DNA of 63,323 nucleotides, filler included, from Collodictyon triciliatum (GCA_043381765.1; 6 parts of 6 records of this genome joined end to end with filler, not necessarily neighbours in it), one strand, 5' to 3'; shown: positions 1 through 21,942, counted from the whole stretch's first letter. Numbers and translations are program-made. The notes: generated by a model not told the origin, from the sequence alone.

Positions 1-662
1 ATGAGCGAGCCATCAACGATGCTCCAAACTTTGATTGTACTGTCACTACTTCCAGAGACTATTTTCGTACCGTCCGGGGTAACCACAACACTATTAACGG
101 AATCGTTATGACCGTATATCGTATTTATCAAAGTTCCGTTTGATGCATCCCACACTCGGATTGATCAATCTTGACTTCCAGAAACAATCTTTGAGCCATC
201 AGAAGTAACCGCAACACTGTAAACACTACTAGTATGGCCACGAATTGTACGAATCAATGTTCCGTCCGAAAGATTCCAAATTTTGATACTATCATCTGAA
301 TCTCCACACACAATTTTTGAGCCATCACGGGTGAAAACAAGACTATAGACAAAATAACCAGAACGAAGCAGAGGGCGAACCAAACTACCATCAGACACGT
401 TCCATACATTAACTGCGCTATGATAAAGAGAATTAACTCCAGCTACAAGTTTCGAGCCATCAGGTGTCACAGCGACACTTCGGATAGGATTAATTGAATC
501 TGTCAGGGTAATAATCGTCCCGTTATAAAGATTCCAAATTTTGACTGATTCGTCTTCACCCCCAGAAACAATTGTCAAGCCATCTGGTGCGGTCGAAGTG
601 ACACTATTTACGGACCGTATATGACCATTCAATGTACGCAATAGATATTCTTGACCGTTCAC
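1..662 (-). pseudogene. WD40-repeat protein fragment with in-frame TGA (3' end runs off window)
   Basis: ORF 165-662 has GH...SGxxDxSVKIWN WD40 repeats. The same frame continues past TGA at 165-167 as SIRVWDASNGTLINTIYGHNDSVNSVVVTPDGTKIVSGSSDSTIKVWS to the window edge. Confidence 0.75.
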
Positions 663-2666
663 GCTGCATCCACGGTTGAAGACGACGATTACTATTCAAT
701 TTTTTGTTATTAGTGCAAATCACCTGGCTTTTTCCATGACTTTATGTTCAAAATAAACATATGCCAAACCAAGAAGCGCGGTGGCTATCGCGCGATGAGT
801 GATGCCCTTCATCTCAATAGCTACAGTTATTTATATGATTGGTTGCATTCAGACTCTTGCTTCTAAACATTATTCATAATCCAGAAACCTCTGGCTTCTC
901 GGAAAGAGAATTTTAGACTGTTCAGTTAATCGTGAATGAAGGTCCAATCTCTTTGAGTCATTCATACAAAAAAAAAAAAAAAAAAGTCATGCGGTCTTTG
1001 AATGGTACTTCGATGTTTTCATATAATATAGACACATAGAATCATGAATTCAATATCTTTCTTAATCATATCCATGTATAACGAAGTGTGCCCAGCCCAT
1101 CCAACTTCATAAATATTGATCAGGCCATAGGCCACCCACAAAAAATAATTATATCGGATCATTCTTAAACGCCCCAGTTTTTTATCTTGGTATCTTTTTC
1201 AGAGATCTCTAATGATCACCCAGAACATATGATTCGTTATATAAACGGGACTGGATCTAGAGTGGTGATCTTGATTGTCATTCCGAATGGCAAAACTTTG
1301 AAAGATTAAGGTAGCTTTAACTCAAAGGGCGAAATATACATCAATAACATTATAAATCCGCTATATGTAGTCGAATCATCGTTGCATAGCTCGCGGTCGC
1401 TGTTCCGTCCAGGTGATGGGTCTCTCATCCGGTAAAGTCGTGCTGCCCTCGGCTCCTCTGACTCAAACTATAAGTACCTCTGTTCTGTATATATGAAGCC
1501 ATCATATTTTTGTTAAGTCATGGTGAATTGGACATATCTTACATATACTTCTGCACTTGCGTGACCGCTACCGAGAAAAAAAAATACTCGCCACTTTGAC
1601 ATTCCAAAAAAAAAATGTTCGCATCCTTATCATTATCCATGACAGTATGCCCATTACATACAGCGTGTAGCCTCTGATAAGTTTTACTCTATGACTTGTA
1701 CGCAGATCTCAGTCACCTGGCCGTCTCCATGTCTATGGTGTGGTGCTGTGACTCTCTTCTTTTCTGTAGAAAATATTCAGCAAGTGTGGATAAAGAACAT
1801 AATGTCGGCAAGAATGGGAAGCAGCAGACTATTCGTGAGAATCTATGAGTGTGTCAGCATTAGTTAAGGTTCCCAAAGTGCCACTGAAAATAGCACAAAG
1901 GGTTGGTTTACGATGCACATCTGAGTACAGAATGACCATGCGTCAGTATTTCTCGCACATAATATGTATGGTCACAAGCTCCAAAGTTGGAATGACGAGC
2001 TCGTCAAGATGAGAGGCGCACCTCCAAACCCTACATATCCTTTTGGTCGAAGGTCCAGCACAGGTTGTAGCCTAACTTAAAAAACACACAAAAAAAACCG
2101 GTTGTTGGACTCTTCGACATAGACTCTGTAGCTCTTCCTGGCTGGAGCGCTTCTTGTGCCTTCCACACGTGTACTTGATCCTTCGAAAGACCTAGACGGG
2201 CTCAGAGTCAGAGTCGAGGTGGTTGTGGTAAAGAAGGCTGCTGTTCTCAAATAAAACATTCTTTAAGTCAAGAAGACTAGAAAAGCTATTTTGTTTTCGT
2301 TTCTGTTGGTGTTTGCGTGTAGCGGGTTGGCTGAAGAGCAACCAAGACCCAAAAACAACAGCCTGGGTCATAAGGAAAGGCCGGTGGATGCATCAGTGAT
2401 GTTGAGCTCTAACGTTTGTAATATTGACACGTCTGTTTGGGTGTATAGACTTGCAGATTTGTGGAGATGATTGCACCTTCAAATCGCAACTGGGTCGAAC
2501 ACCACCACTGTATAAATACAAAGCGACCCTAGCGGACAACGAAAATTTCAAATGCAAGCTACTTAATATATATATATGTGTGTGTGAATCGCTTGACTAA
2601 AAACACTTGATTTTCAAGGTCAAGTTCTGTGGCCAGAAGCGCGCCATATTATGATGGATGGGAAAT

Positions 2667-2686
2667 ATCGAATAAAGGAAAAAAAA
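2667..2686 (+). mobile_element. 20-nt LINE family A 3'-end insertion
   Basis: ATCGAATAAAGG-A8 matches the end of the LINE at 21924-21942. Flanked by a perfect 16-bp direct repeat ATGATGGATGGGAAAT (2651-2666 / 2687-2702). Confidence 0.8.
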
Positions 2687-4460
2687 ATGATGGATGGGAA
2701 ATGCTCAATAGAACGATTGATTTTCTTGTGACGTTTTATGGCGGGGATGTATTAACCACACAACCGCTGTTCTATATAAAAAAAACCCAGAAAATGTGAC
2801 CTAGCGTCCTCGCGCATGGATTGGTAAGTGCTTTTTAGTGAATAAAAGTGAGGCCTTTCATAAATCCTTTGGACAACCGCACTTGCGCTTCGCTCACCCG
2901 AAGTCACAGACACGCGAAGGCGCGACAGATGCGCCGAGGTGGCTCGAGCTTGCATTCCATTCCTAGTGGGCTGTCTCGCGCTCCGTCTCGCTTGGGTGTA
3001 ATGAAAGACGAGATACACCCAGCAGCAGAGCAGCTGAAGGCGCCACCGACACAAGAAAGGCCGCAAATAAATCAATCAAGAGGAGTGAATGAAGGAGCCC
3101 AATGTCTAATGTTTATCATTTTTATTCTCTTACAAACGGCGGTACAATATTACTGCTTATCAGGCATGCCCAAAAAAAAACGACGCAAACTAAAAGGAAG
3201 AGTCACACCACTTGGAGTCGAATATAAGAAAAGGAAGAGTTGCAGTGAGTGTTGAGCTCTTGTGAGAGTCAGCAAAGTAGTTGTGCAAGGTTGGTTTGAG
3301 TCTGGTGGTTTGCGCTGTACTCACTCCAGCCAAGATGGATTCGGATTGCTTCTTACTTTCTTTCGCCTGCGCTCGTTTTGGACAAAAGAAGCACGGTGCT
3401 GTAGCGAGAGACTTTACGGCAGGCCACTTTTAATTCTGTGTGGCAAAAGCGAATATAGTTGCATTCAACGTGCTTTCGGCGCTTGGGAGTGCGAAATGTA
3501 CAAGACAACCTCTCTATGACCCAAATAAGCGGTCTTGGACTTCTTTCGGGGTTACTGGCCTGCAAGGCTAACACGGCTGCTAAAGTGTTAGAAGCGTCGC
3601 AGGGTTGCCTATTGCTGTCAAGTGTTTTTCTTTCTGTGACAGGTATAGTCCCAGGCTCTTGCTAGCGTAACGAGGCCATGTCTTTGTAGGTGGGTATTTG
3701 GGCTGTTACGTTCAGCTTCCTGCGCAGCTAGTAGCCAAGTAATGTGATTAATTATTTATTTATTTTAGGCCAGGAACATTCGGTGCGAAGCTGCGATTAC
3801 CCACCAGTCAAAGTCGATAAAGGCTTTCAAGAGTATCGAAGCACACAATCGGCCAACAAGCGGTTTGTTTGCCACTTTCTGCTTTTTCTTTGGGTGAGTC
3901 GAGACTCGAATGGGATTGGCAAGTATTTTTGACAAGTCTTGTTGTTAATTGTGTATTCCACATTTGTCGGATAAATTTGGAGGCTTTCTTTGATTCTTCT
4001 TAGGTTTTGATTTGTCATCTGTCAAATGCCATTTGTTTTACCTTTGTTCGATTGAAAGTTCTCAATTGTCATTTGTTTGGGATTTCTTGAGTTCGCTTGT
4101 GGCTGGGATGGGGGCGTGTGGGCTGTGGCAGGCGAAGGCGCGGCCAATCGCAAGGCTCGAGACAAAAGGAAGGATGTGGGTGGTTTGGGTGGTTGGATTC
4201 AAAAGGACGTGTGTTTTTCTTTAGCAGTATGGGTAGAAAAATGTCAACACAAAGATATATCTGGATTCTATACTAAATTATATGGAAAAGGATACATGAC
4301 GCAAATGAATACACTGGCGTTAAAGGTATATGTGCATTTTGTTCAGGATGGTACTATGAATTGATGAACTTGGGAGTTAAACAAAGAACAGAGGCTGGGA
4401 TTCCAATTCGGTTCAAAAGAACAGCGAAGTTGAGAGGTTTTGTGGCCTGCAAAAAAAAAA

Positions 4461-4585
4461 CGAATAGCGTTTGTGTCCAATAGTTCCAAATGTGGAATAA
4501 ATGGATTTACTAGTTTGGCAGCCTCTGGGTTCATGACTTCGGGTGGCATAAAAACACACTAACAATAGTATATAACACTTCGTTC
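4461..4585. repeat. 125-bp dispersed repeat, copy 1
   Basis: Nearly identical (two 1-nt indels) to 13745-13869; both copies are preceded by an A10-12 run. Confidence 0.9.
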
Positions 4586-4865
4586 AAACTCGACACTCAC
4601 ATCTCTGCGGCCGTGTGATGCTTGTTGTATCTTGGTTGCTGATTTAGATTTATTTGGCTAACCTTATTGTTTTCTTCTGTTTCCCCCGATTTATTTATCT
4701 AATTGATATTGTTAACACAAATAAAAAAAATTTAGAGTTATCATCCGATTCTCTTCATATTTTTTTTTTTCGTTTTCTTTATATCGTTCTTGATTTTCTT
4801 CGTTCATGAACGTCCATGAAGCAATCAACCAGAGACACATGTGGTCAACACTGCTTTATCTCTTT

Positions 4866-13585
<8,720 letters not shown>

Positions 13586-13744
13586 CTAAGGGATGTCAAG
13601 GTAAATATTCAAAATAAATTCATAAAATTAGTCCTTTTTACTTTATTTTTTCTCAAATATGCATGATAAAATTGTTTGTGAGTTGTCATGCATATCATAG
13701 TACAAGCAAATTATTTCTTTTTTTTTTTTTTTAAAAAAAAAAAA

Positions 13745-13869
13745 CGAATAGCGTTTGTGTCCAATAGTTCCAAATGTGGAATAAATGGATTTACTAGTTT
13801 GGCAGCCTCTGGGTTCATGACTTCGGGTGGCATAAAACACACTAACGAATAGTATATAACACTTCGTTC
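13745..13869. repeat. 125-bp dispersed repeat, copy 2 (at contig end)
   Basis: Near-identical to 4461-4585; the contig breaks at its right end. Confidence 0.9.
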
Positions 13870-13969
13870 NNNNNNNNNNNNNNNNNNNNNNNNNNNNNNN
13901 NNNNNNNNNNNNNTTAATTAATTAANNNNNNNNNNNNNNNNNNNNNNNNNNNNNNNNNNNNNNNNNNNN
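13870..13969. other. Artificial contig spacer N44-TTAATTAATTAA-N44
   Basis: 100-bp N linker with a six-frame stop cassette. Confidence 0.98.
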
Positions 13970-14090
13970 CTTATCTTTTCTCTTTTTCTCTTGTCTTTTC
14001 TCATAGGGTGCGTGCAATAAAGAACGCAGATGTTGGTATGGAAGCTGTCGAGGAAAGAGATTTTGTATGATGCCATACAGTCTATACCAG
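13970..14090 (-). mobile_element. Decayed LINE family B ORF2 C-terminal fragment
   Basis: Translates KISFLDSFHTNICVLYCTHPMRKD, similar to IISFLNGFLHHLQVPYYSDPVRRD (in 14644-14990) and to YSFLNSLLKHARILRYSDRRQRE of the LINE near 21640. Confidence 0.5.
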
Positions 14091-14109
14091 CAAAGGATGT
14101 GTGGATGTT

Positions 14110-14163
14110 TTTTTTTATTCTTCCTTTCAACTTTTGTGCAGGACCGAGGGGGGGTGTTGGCTG
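14110..14163 (-). mobile_element. 54-nt LINE family B 3'-end insertion
   Basis: Poly(T)-ATTCTTCCTTTCAACTTTTGTGCAGG... flanked by a perfect 16-bp repeat AGGATGTGTGGATGTT (14094-14109 / 14164-14179). Confidence 0.82.
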
Positions 14164-14368
14164 AGGATGTGTGGATGTTGAATCTTGCAATTCTTGAATC
14201 TATAAGTCTAAATATTAAATGGGATGGTATTGAAGTAGATGAATGCAATGAATGATGGAGTGAATAATTTTATTATGTTTTTCAGCATCTGCCTCGCACT
14301 TTGGTAGTCGCATATGTAAGAAGATGCCATTAGTCCTCACATACAGACATCATGCAACGTAGTATGAT

Positions 14369-14412
14369 TTTTTTTATTCTTCCTTTCAATTTTGTGCAGG
14401 GTGGTGAAGATG
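14369..14412 (-). mobile_element. 44-nt LINE family B 3'-end insertion
   Basis: Poly(T)-ATTCTTCCTTTCAATTTTGTGCAGGGTGGTGAAGATG flanked by a perfect 17-bp repeat ATGCAACGTAGTATGAT (14352-14368 / 14413-14429). Confidence 0.82.
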
Positions 14413-14643
14413 ATGCAACGTAGTATGATATTACTGGATGAATAAAGCAGTATCTTAGATTTCATTTCGATTGACGTGAATTGTAGTGATTTTGCAGAAA
14501 AATTTTTAAGCAGAACATGGTGTAAAATTTTTTTGATTGCGTGATGAAAAGTAACCACTTTTTTTACAATATGTAATAAATTACCGTGCTGTATTCGATT
14601 GAATTTTTATCTATGCTTGACTGAAACTTGCTTCTATATTGTA

Positions 14644-14990
14644 TTTTTCTATTCTCTCTTTCAGTTTGTACAGAATAGTGGAGGCTTTGGTTTTGACTTC
14701 ACCAGCCATCATTGCATGGACGCTACTTGGTGGTCAGCTGGTGGGGAAGTTGTCACTTATCAGGAATTGCATCCTGCAGTTTGGCCTGTAGGCTGGATTT
14801 TATGCTTGCATGAAAGAGCTAAGGCGAGGTTTAATCTCTTTCTCAGCCTCTTTTCACATATCTCTCCTCACAGGGTCTGAGTAATATGGAACTTGCAGGT
14901 GGTGAAGGAAGCCATTGAGGAAAGAGATGATAAGGTGTCACCTAACCTTATTGTCAGGAATGGGTAGCTGGTTTTTGAATCTTGCTTTGC
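14644..14990 (-). mobile_element. Longer decayed LINE family B 3' fragment (ORF2 end plus 3' UTR)
   Basis: Left end TTTTTCTATTCTCTCTTTCAGTTTGTACAGAATAGTGGAG resembles the family B motif. Internal minus-strand translation IISFLNGFLHHLQVPYYSDPVRRDM*KEAEKEIKP aligns by eye with the LINE A C-terminus SFLNSLLKHARILRYSDRRQREMWEY...IKP. Confidence 0.6.
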
Positions 14991-16239
14991 GTGAGTATAT
15001 CGTGTTATCTACACAGTCCCTAGAAAATGGCATCTATTATATTTACATATTATTATCTTTGGTTTGATGTAAGTGACATTATGATATCTTAAAAAGCCAG
15101 CTTATTTCGCGTTTTGTTGAAAGAAAATGTAGGCTATAGGAGCATAGGAGTGAGGGATTAGGCATACCAAATGAACTCGCCCTCTAATCGTGCCAGTATC
15201 TGCATAGAGCGAGGAGGATACTCGTGAGGCGTGAAATAGGTATTCCATACTAAGGGAGACTGTGTGAAATGGCCTTCTCTGCGTTGTACTGCATGCGCGT
15301 TTTTATTTTCTTTTTAATAAAATATAATAATTGAGCTCAAGAGATTCACACGTTGAAGAAACGTGGGAGAACTCGTCTACTAATTTTATGACTCCTTTCT
15401 GCGATTATTCATCCCAGATATTATCGTATAATTTTTTTTATTGTAGATTCATCAATTATTTACAATGAAATTTGTTGGGATTCATCAATAATTTTGCTTA
15501 TTATTTCGATTTTAAACCTCTGTTATTGTAAAGACTCTTCATTTTAAAGATGTTGAAATTGAAATTGAAAAAAAAACCATTCTATAAGAACAATTCACGC
15601 AGGCGTACCCACACTTGAGGATGGATGTACTTTAAAAAAGTATCAGTGAGTAGGATATATCAATTTTTATTAGTTACAAGAAAATTATCGAGTATTTTGT
15701 AAATGAAAAATAGGAAAAACACAAATAAAAGTATAATGTGCTGTATTTTTTGTCATGTTTAATGGAGTGTGATACCTAAATCATGAAGATTAGAAAAAAT
15801 TGTATCTGTGTATCTATCACCCTGCGGATTCATCACTTTCCCTTCCACAACAAAATTACTCGGTGATTGTGAAAGTGATGGAATCGAGCTGTTTTCACCT
15901 TGCAAATTCATTTTTTTTTTGTTGAATTTTCAAAAACCTAGAAGAGCATGTTCTTGTCACTAAGGAGGGTATATCCCAAGATTCAAGCATATATGAGATT
16001 CCATTCGTCATCTATCGGTGGCTGATTGTTATGTGAGTGCCTGAAGGGGTATTAAGTGATTATCACAACCACTCCAATCTCGCCAAGACGACAGACGAAT
16101 GAACTACAATATAATGCACATGAAACTTGCGTACGGGGCACAAACCCCCTGTAAGCCGTTTATTAATCATGCTTAACACCTATGTGTATTTACTCAAATT
16201 CTTGTGCTTCACAAATCCCTCCGAAGGAGCCAACTAGTC

Positions 16240-16940
16240 AAATAGAACATCCCCTCATCATCGATCTATTCATGCAGGCCATCCTTGCCGGGTTAAGAAG
16301 GGTAGGCGGGCGTTGAGCGTGGCGTCGTGGAGTTCATTCAATGGCTCCGGCGCTAATTGCAGCGAATATCTTTCTTACTTTGGGATGGCCGAGGTTTGTA
16401 TCGCTCCACAGTTGGAAACCGTCCTCGCGGAGAAATGAACCACTAAAGGGGGTCACTACGCATACTGGTGTTGTATTTTCCAATGATTATACGCGGTGCC
16501 ATATCCTGACTCGATGGGGAGCAGCCCCGTTGCTTCAGCATGGCTCCTAACAGTAGCGTCTATTGCGGGAAACAACGCACCCAACAGGCATGTCCCATAT
16601 GCAAACCACACCCTCGAATTTCTTGTTTTCTTTGTTCTGTACAGTGTCTGCATGTGATTTAAAGAGTTTCATCAAGACCGAAGAAATGAACTCCCCAAAC
16701 CAAGGACTCATTCCAATCAGTATTTTCTGCCCTTCATTAATCTTTGTCGTTTACAGTTACATAAACCACATCAACCCACAAATGAATCATCGAATCTATG
16801 CATCAAAACCAATCTGACCCGAATTACTTTTTCCATCCCTCATCCAGGTACTACTGCCAGGCATCCCTTGCTGGACTCACGAGTAAACTGCTCCTCATTG
16901 GAGCAACGCCTTTGTACATAAAGAGTCGGGATAAAGCTGT
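16240..16940 (+). pseudogene. Possible decayed tyrosine recombinase (DIRS/Crypton-like)
   Basis: Broken frames give HPLIIDLFMQAILAGLRR, AANIFLTLGWPRFVSL, FIKTEEM...IFCPSLIFVVY and AGLTSKLLLIGATPLYIK, in the order expected for YR motifs. The catalytic HxxR is not recognisable. Confidence 0.3.
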
Positions 16941-17954
16941 ATGTAAACCTCAGCAACGCGAAGCCTGAGTGGCCAGGGTTGTCCGTTTATTCAAGTTTCG
17001 TTCCCTTTTGTTCGTTCCTTTCAAGGTGAGCGGCTTCGGCATCAAATCGCCTCGTGAGCGCGAATCTTTTTTTGCAGCAGCCGGTCGGTCGCCAACCAGT
17101 CCCGAGTCGAGTCGAGTCAACCAACAAATGTCGTCTGCAACACGCAGCCACGAGCAACGCGATACAACGAGGACTCACGAGTACACTCATGCACCCACAA
17201 CACACACAAAGGGCTCTGCAATATGCCGTCATACGACCAAGTCTGCTACACGCACGAGGACAAGGAGGAATACGAACTCGCTGCGACAAAGATGAAAGGT
17301 TCGCCCACCCCATATAGAAGCCATGTAACACCCTCAAGTAAAAAAAAAAAAAAGCTAAAAATTAACTTGGATAATAAAGGCATGAAGAATCAATACTGTC
17401 ATCCAAAAAGAAAGAGGTCATTTATATTCGGTACCACTCTTATCATAAATATGTCAATTTATGGAATTTACAGCATTTTTTTTATTCTTTCAATTTTTGC
17501 GGCAGGAACATACATTATGCGTTATTTAGAGATATCGCACCTGGAGCGCACGAGAATGTTCTGCCTTCCCAATCACCACACGAGCCACACATCGCACGCG
17601 ATTGACACACAGCCCAACGCGTCCACCTATATAATGCGATGGCCACATATTTATTCGGACGGAAGATTCGCCGGCCTTTGTGGGGTATTTAAACTTCATC
17701 CAGTTGAAATCATTGCTGCCTCGCGTTCTCTCTTTTCTCGCTACCTTTATGACATCTCATATTCGCAATCCGCGTTCTATTCTCTGTGTGCACAACTGCA
17801 CCGCTCACCCCAGCAACGCTCATCCTGTATTACTTGTCAAGTGCAGTCACAAAACAAATAAACACTGCTGTGCACTAACACAACCCATTCTACTAATACA
17901 CGCACAGCCCTCAGAACCTGTCCAAAACCGCCTTCCCTTTCCATCTCTGACGCG

Positions 17955-19250
17955 ATGGCCGACGAGGCCGCACTTTTAGAAGAAGTTCGAAAAAGATCCG
18001 GACATTTTCGCGACACCACCTCTTTAAAAAGCTCCACGAGTTTAGGTTTAGGCGGGAAAGATTTAACTTCCGTTCCTTGTGGTATCTTTTTGTTGACTTG
18101 TCTGAAAGTGCTGAATCTTGGTGGAAATCTGTTGCCATCGCTTCCTCCACAAATATCTTGTTTGGCAAGTCTCACTGGGCTTTATGTTAGTGGAAATAAG
18201 TTGTCATTGTTGCCTGTACAAATATCGTGTTTGACTGGTCTCATTGAGCTATATGTTAGTGACAATAAGTTGTCATTGCTGCCTGTACAAATATCGTGTT
18301 TGACTGGTCTCAGTAGTCTTTATGTTTTTGACAACCTGGTATGTTTTATTGGTTTGTTATATTTTAATTCACCTTGAAAAGAGAAAGTTGCTGACAACGA
18401 TACACGCAGATGGAGGAGCTTCCGGTGCAAATCACAGCGCTCACAAATCTAAATGAGCTCTACATCGAATACAGTGGAAGAATTAACATTAAGAGGGCGC
18501 CGTGTGGCCTCACAGCCCTACCAGCATGGAACAACACAAAGAGGCCTTGGCCAGGAATGAGACTGAGCCATGCCAACGCCCTCCGAAAGCTGCAACTTTG
18601 TGAGATGGTAAATATATCGATGATGATACAAACAATTTACTTAATATTCCTAAAAAAAAAATTAAGAATAAAAGAAAACCCAATATAAACCATAAACACA
18701 GTTAGAATCAATCTCGGAGCCAGGATGGGCTCCAACAACAGAGGAAATCGAATTCCATTCATTCAGTCTGTACAGAAGGAGCCTCGTCACTTTGCCAGAG
18801 AGCATCACACTTCTAAAAAACATGACCTTTTTGAATCTATCGGGAAATCATGTAATTATCTTCATGAGTCAATAAATCGGTGTAAATTTATGTACAGTAA
18901 ATGCCAATAGGAACGACATAGTTCACCGACATCCCAGAGCATCTGTTTTGTCTGACTTTGATCAAAGCTCTTGATGTTTCCAACAACAGGGTATCATCAA
19001 AAATCATTTTGAATTTTGATTTGATAAGTAAAATCTTCAAATAATAAAACTGAGCAACCCGTAACACCAACAAGATATCGATTATTCCTGAGAGTATCAA
19101 CCAACTCTGCAATCTCGAATAACTGGATGCTTCGAGGAAATAAGGTGGTTGTAAATTGGAAATTTGATGGAAAAAAACATAGCAACTTTGTATCACATGA
19201 ATGGTTTGCTGACGCTCGCAGACGATATGATTGATAGGCTCACCATCTTA
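17955..19250 (+). pseudogene. Leucine-rich repeat gene, spliced, 3' part disrupted
   Basis: Exon 1 has LxxLxLxxNxLxxLPxxI repeats (LKVLNLGGNLLPSLPPQISCL). Later exons read FTDIPEHLFCLTLIKALDVSNN and ISIIPESINQLCNLE*LDAS, with an in-frame TAA near 19119. Directly followed by the LINE remnant. Confidence 0.7.
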
Positions 19251-19421
19251 TCTGCAATTTCTTGCTTTTTGAATGAATAATTAGATAATTCAGCTACCAC
19301 GATTTCACGGAAGTCCAGAAGACCTTACAAGTAAATGATATTTCGAGACAAATCCCGAGACATCTTATCACATAAACAAGAAATGAAAAGAAAAGATTTG
19401 AAGAAAAGAAAAGATACCGCG

Positions 19422-19770
19422 TTGGATTAGACATCGACACTTCCAGCGTGATAGTAGATTAATGCATGTGATGTTTGAGAACTTGTCCTTGTCTATAACG
19501 GCATCGTACCGCGCTATCACTGACACTTGTCTGATAATTCATTCATTTCAGATTTATTGAGTAGCATCGTACCTTTGATATTTACTCCAAATGAAAATAA
19601 ATAAAACGAAACAGATTGATTGAGAAAATCTGATTTGCTTATCATCGGATGATTATGATGAACTATCAACATTTTCACATATTGAAAGGAAGAGTAAAAT
19701 AAAATCAACATTTTCCTCCTTCACTGCCACGGTTTGCATAATCTAGGTCTTGAAGTTAAAAAAAAAAAGG
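19422..19770 (+). mobile_element. ~350-bp A-tailed insertion nested in the LINE
   Basis: Flanked by AAGATACCGCG (19411-19421 / 19771-19781); A11 run just before the right repeat; no recognisable ORF. Confidence 0.55.
19677..19703 (+). mobile_element. 27-nt LINE family B 3'-end insertion (nested)
   Basis: ACATATTGAAAGGAAGAGTAAAATAAA flanked by ATCAACATTTTC (19665-19676 / 19704-19715). Confidence 0.7.
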
Positions 19771-21942
19771 AAGATACCGCGAAAAATATTAATCTGACTC
19801 TTGAGAGAGTTTGAACAGATTGATAAATGGTTCTTTGGACTAGTAAAGGAAAAAGAAAAGACATTGTATCCGTCCTGCACACCATCTGAGGATATGCAAC
19901 ATTTATTATCTCGCAACAACAAAAAGAACACCCACGACTTCTTCTCAAAGATGTGGTCAAGACGAGACTATGATGCTGCTACTCTCGAGCTTATCACCAC
20001 AAATTGCTCCAAGGCTTCACCCTCGCAAGCAGCCAGCATGATAACACCAATAGATGCAGGCGAATTGTGGAAAGCGGTCAAGTCGCTACACAATGGAAAG
20101 GCGCTAAGTCCAGATAGGCTGCCCAACGGAATATACCCTGCTTTCTTTAATGAGGTCAAGGCATCCTCAGTGGCTTTTCTGAATGGAATCATGTCTGGTG
20201 GCGACTACCGCAAGGATTTACGGAGGCCACGGTGCGGCTGATACCAAAGAAAGGAAACTCGAGCAACCTTGCAGACTGACGACCAATATCGCTGTAGAAT
20301 AACGACTACAAGATATTCACGACACTACTCAGAAATCGCATATCACCCATCGCTGACGAACTCATATCCAAAGAGCAGATTGGCTTCATGAACGGAAGGA
20401 ACATCGACACAAACATCTGGGTTGTCAACAAAGAGTACATAGAATATCAAGTAAGCGGGACACCCCGCGCTATGATTTTCTACGACCTGGAGAAAGCATA
20501 AGACTACGTGAACTGCGAAGCACTGGAAACAATCCTACATAAAAGAGGCTTCTGCGCCGGATTCACCGGCCTTATCAAGAAATTGCACGACAATGTAACA
20601 GCGAGGGTACTCACGGCACACGGACCTATGGATGCAATCCAAAGACAGAGCGGGGTGTATCAAGGCTGCCCACTTGCACCACTGCTCTTCAACTTTGCCG
20701 CTGACTGCCTTGCAGATCACTTCCGAAACCAAAACAAGGTGCGCAACCAACTGCTACTTCAATATGCAGACGACACAGCTTTCATTTTGCGGTCTCCCGA
20801 AGGCGCCACACTCGCCAACAAATGCATGCAAGATTACACACGAGCTGTCGGCGGGAAAATCAACTATGACAAGACAGAAGGAATTCTTTTTGGGTTTCAG
20901 GACGGACTGATGTTTCCAGGAAACATTGTGTGGAAGTCACCTTCACATCCACTCAAGTATCTTGGCATCATCTTCGGTCCGCAATCGGATAACAAATGGA
21001 CAGGCCTGGTTGAGGACATCAAGTCGAAAATATCAGTCTGGAGCAACTTTCATCTCTCGGGTGTCGGGAAAGTAAGGTTGTGGAACCAAGTGATGCTGTC
21101 GACCCTTATCTACAACATGAAAGGCACTGTGCTGAATCCCCAAAGGCTGAAGGAGCTGGAAGACATCTACTTCAACTTCATCACTACGAATAATCAAAAA
21201 ATACAAAAGCTGGAAGCAAGCCCGTATACCTCAGCTACTTCCGAAACACCACGCCCTACTGCTCAATATCTCCAACAGAGAGCTGTGGATAGGTGCGTGG
21301 TGTAGTCCATGCAGCAACGACATCTACAGAATGCACAATGTGCCATAGTGGAGATGACTCTATCGAACACACATTTATTGAAGTGTTCCCTTGCTCAAAA
21401 AGTGCCAGAATCCACCCACAAGATGCTTTCTGAACTTGATTATGCTCCCAACCGACCCAGCGCATCAGACATCCTGTTTGGCCCACAATACCATATGACC
21501 CACGACTCTAGAATACTCTGGACAGTCACAAGGGGACATATGCTGTGGTTCTTATGGAGTGTGTGTGCATTCTCTCGCTCTAATGATTCACCCGAACGAG
21601 AAATCAATATATCCCGGCTTGAAAGCCTCGTGCAATACAGCTTCTTGAACAGCCTGCTGAAACACGCTCGCATTCTTCGCTACTCTGACCGCAGGCAAAG
21701 AGAGATGTGGGAATATGTCGTAAGATATCTCACACAGTATATCAAACCCCTGCTACCCACGCAACCAATCGACCAGTTGGGTCTCCCGCCTGGCCAGCTC
21801 GCTATCACTGATTTCTTTCCAGTGCTAACTTCTTCACGGTAGTGTCTTCTCTTACTCACATTGGCTCTCTACCATGCGCTCCCATCCCGCCCCTTTGCAT
21901 GGCTTAACCTCGCTACACTATGAATCGAATAAAGGAAAAAAA

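Larger units (their letters stand above)
19300..21942 (+). mobile_element. Decayed, 5'-truncated L1/Tx1-like non-LTR retrotransposon (family A), RT-containing ORF2
   Basis: Motifs KALSPDRLP, D*RPISL*NNDYKIF, EQIGFMNGRNI, DLEKA*DYV, QGCPLAPLLF, QYADD, KINYDKTE and KYLGI, broken by stops and frameshifts. Ends GAATCGAATAAAGG-A7. 5' boundary approximate. Confidence 0.9.
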
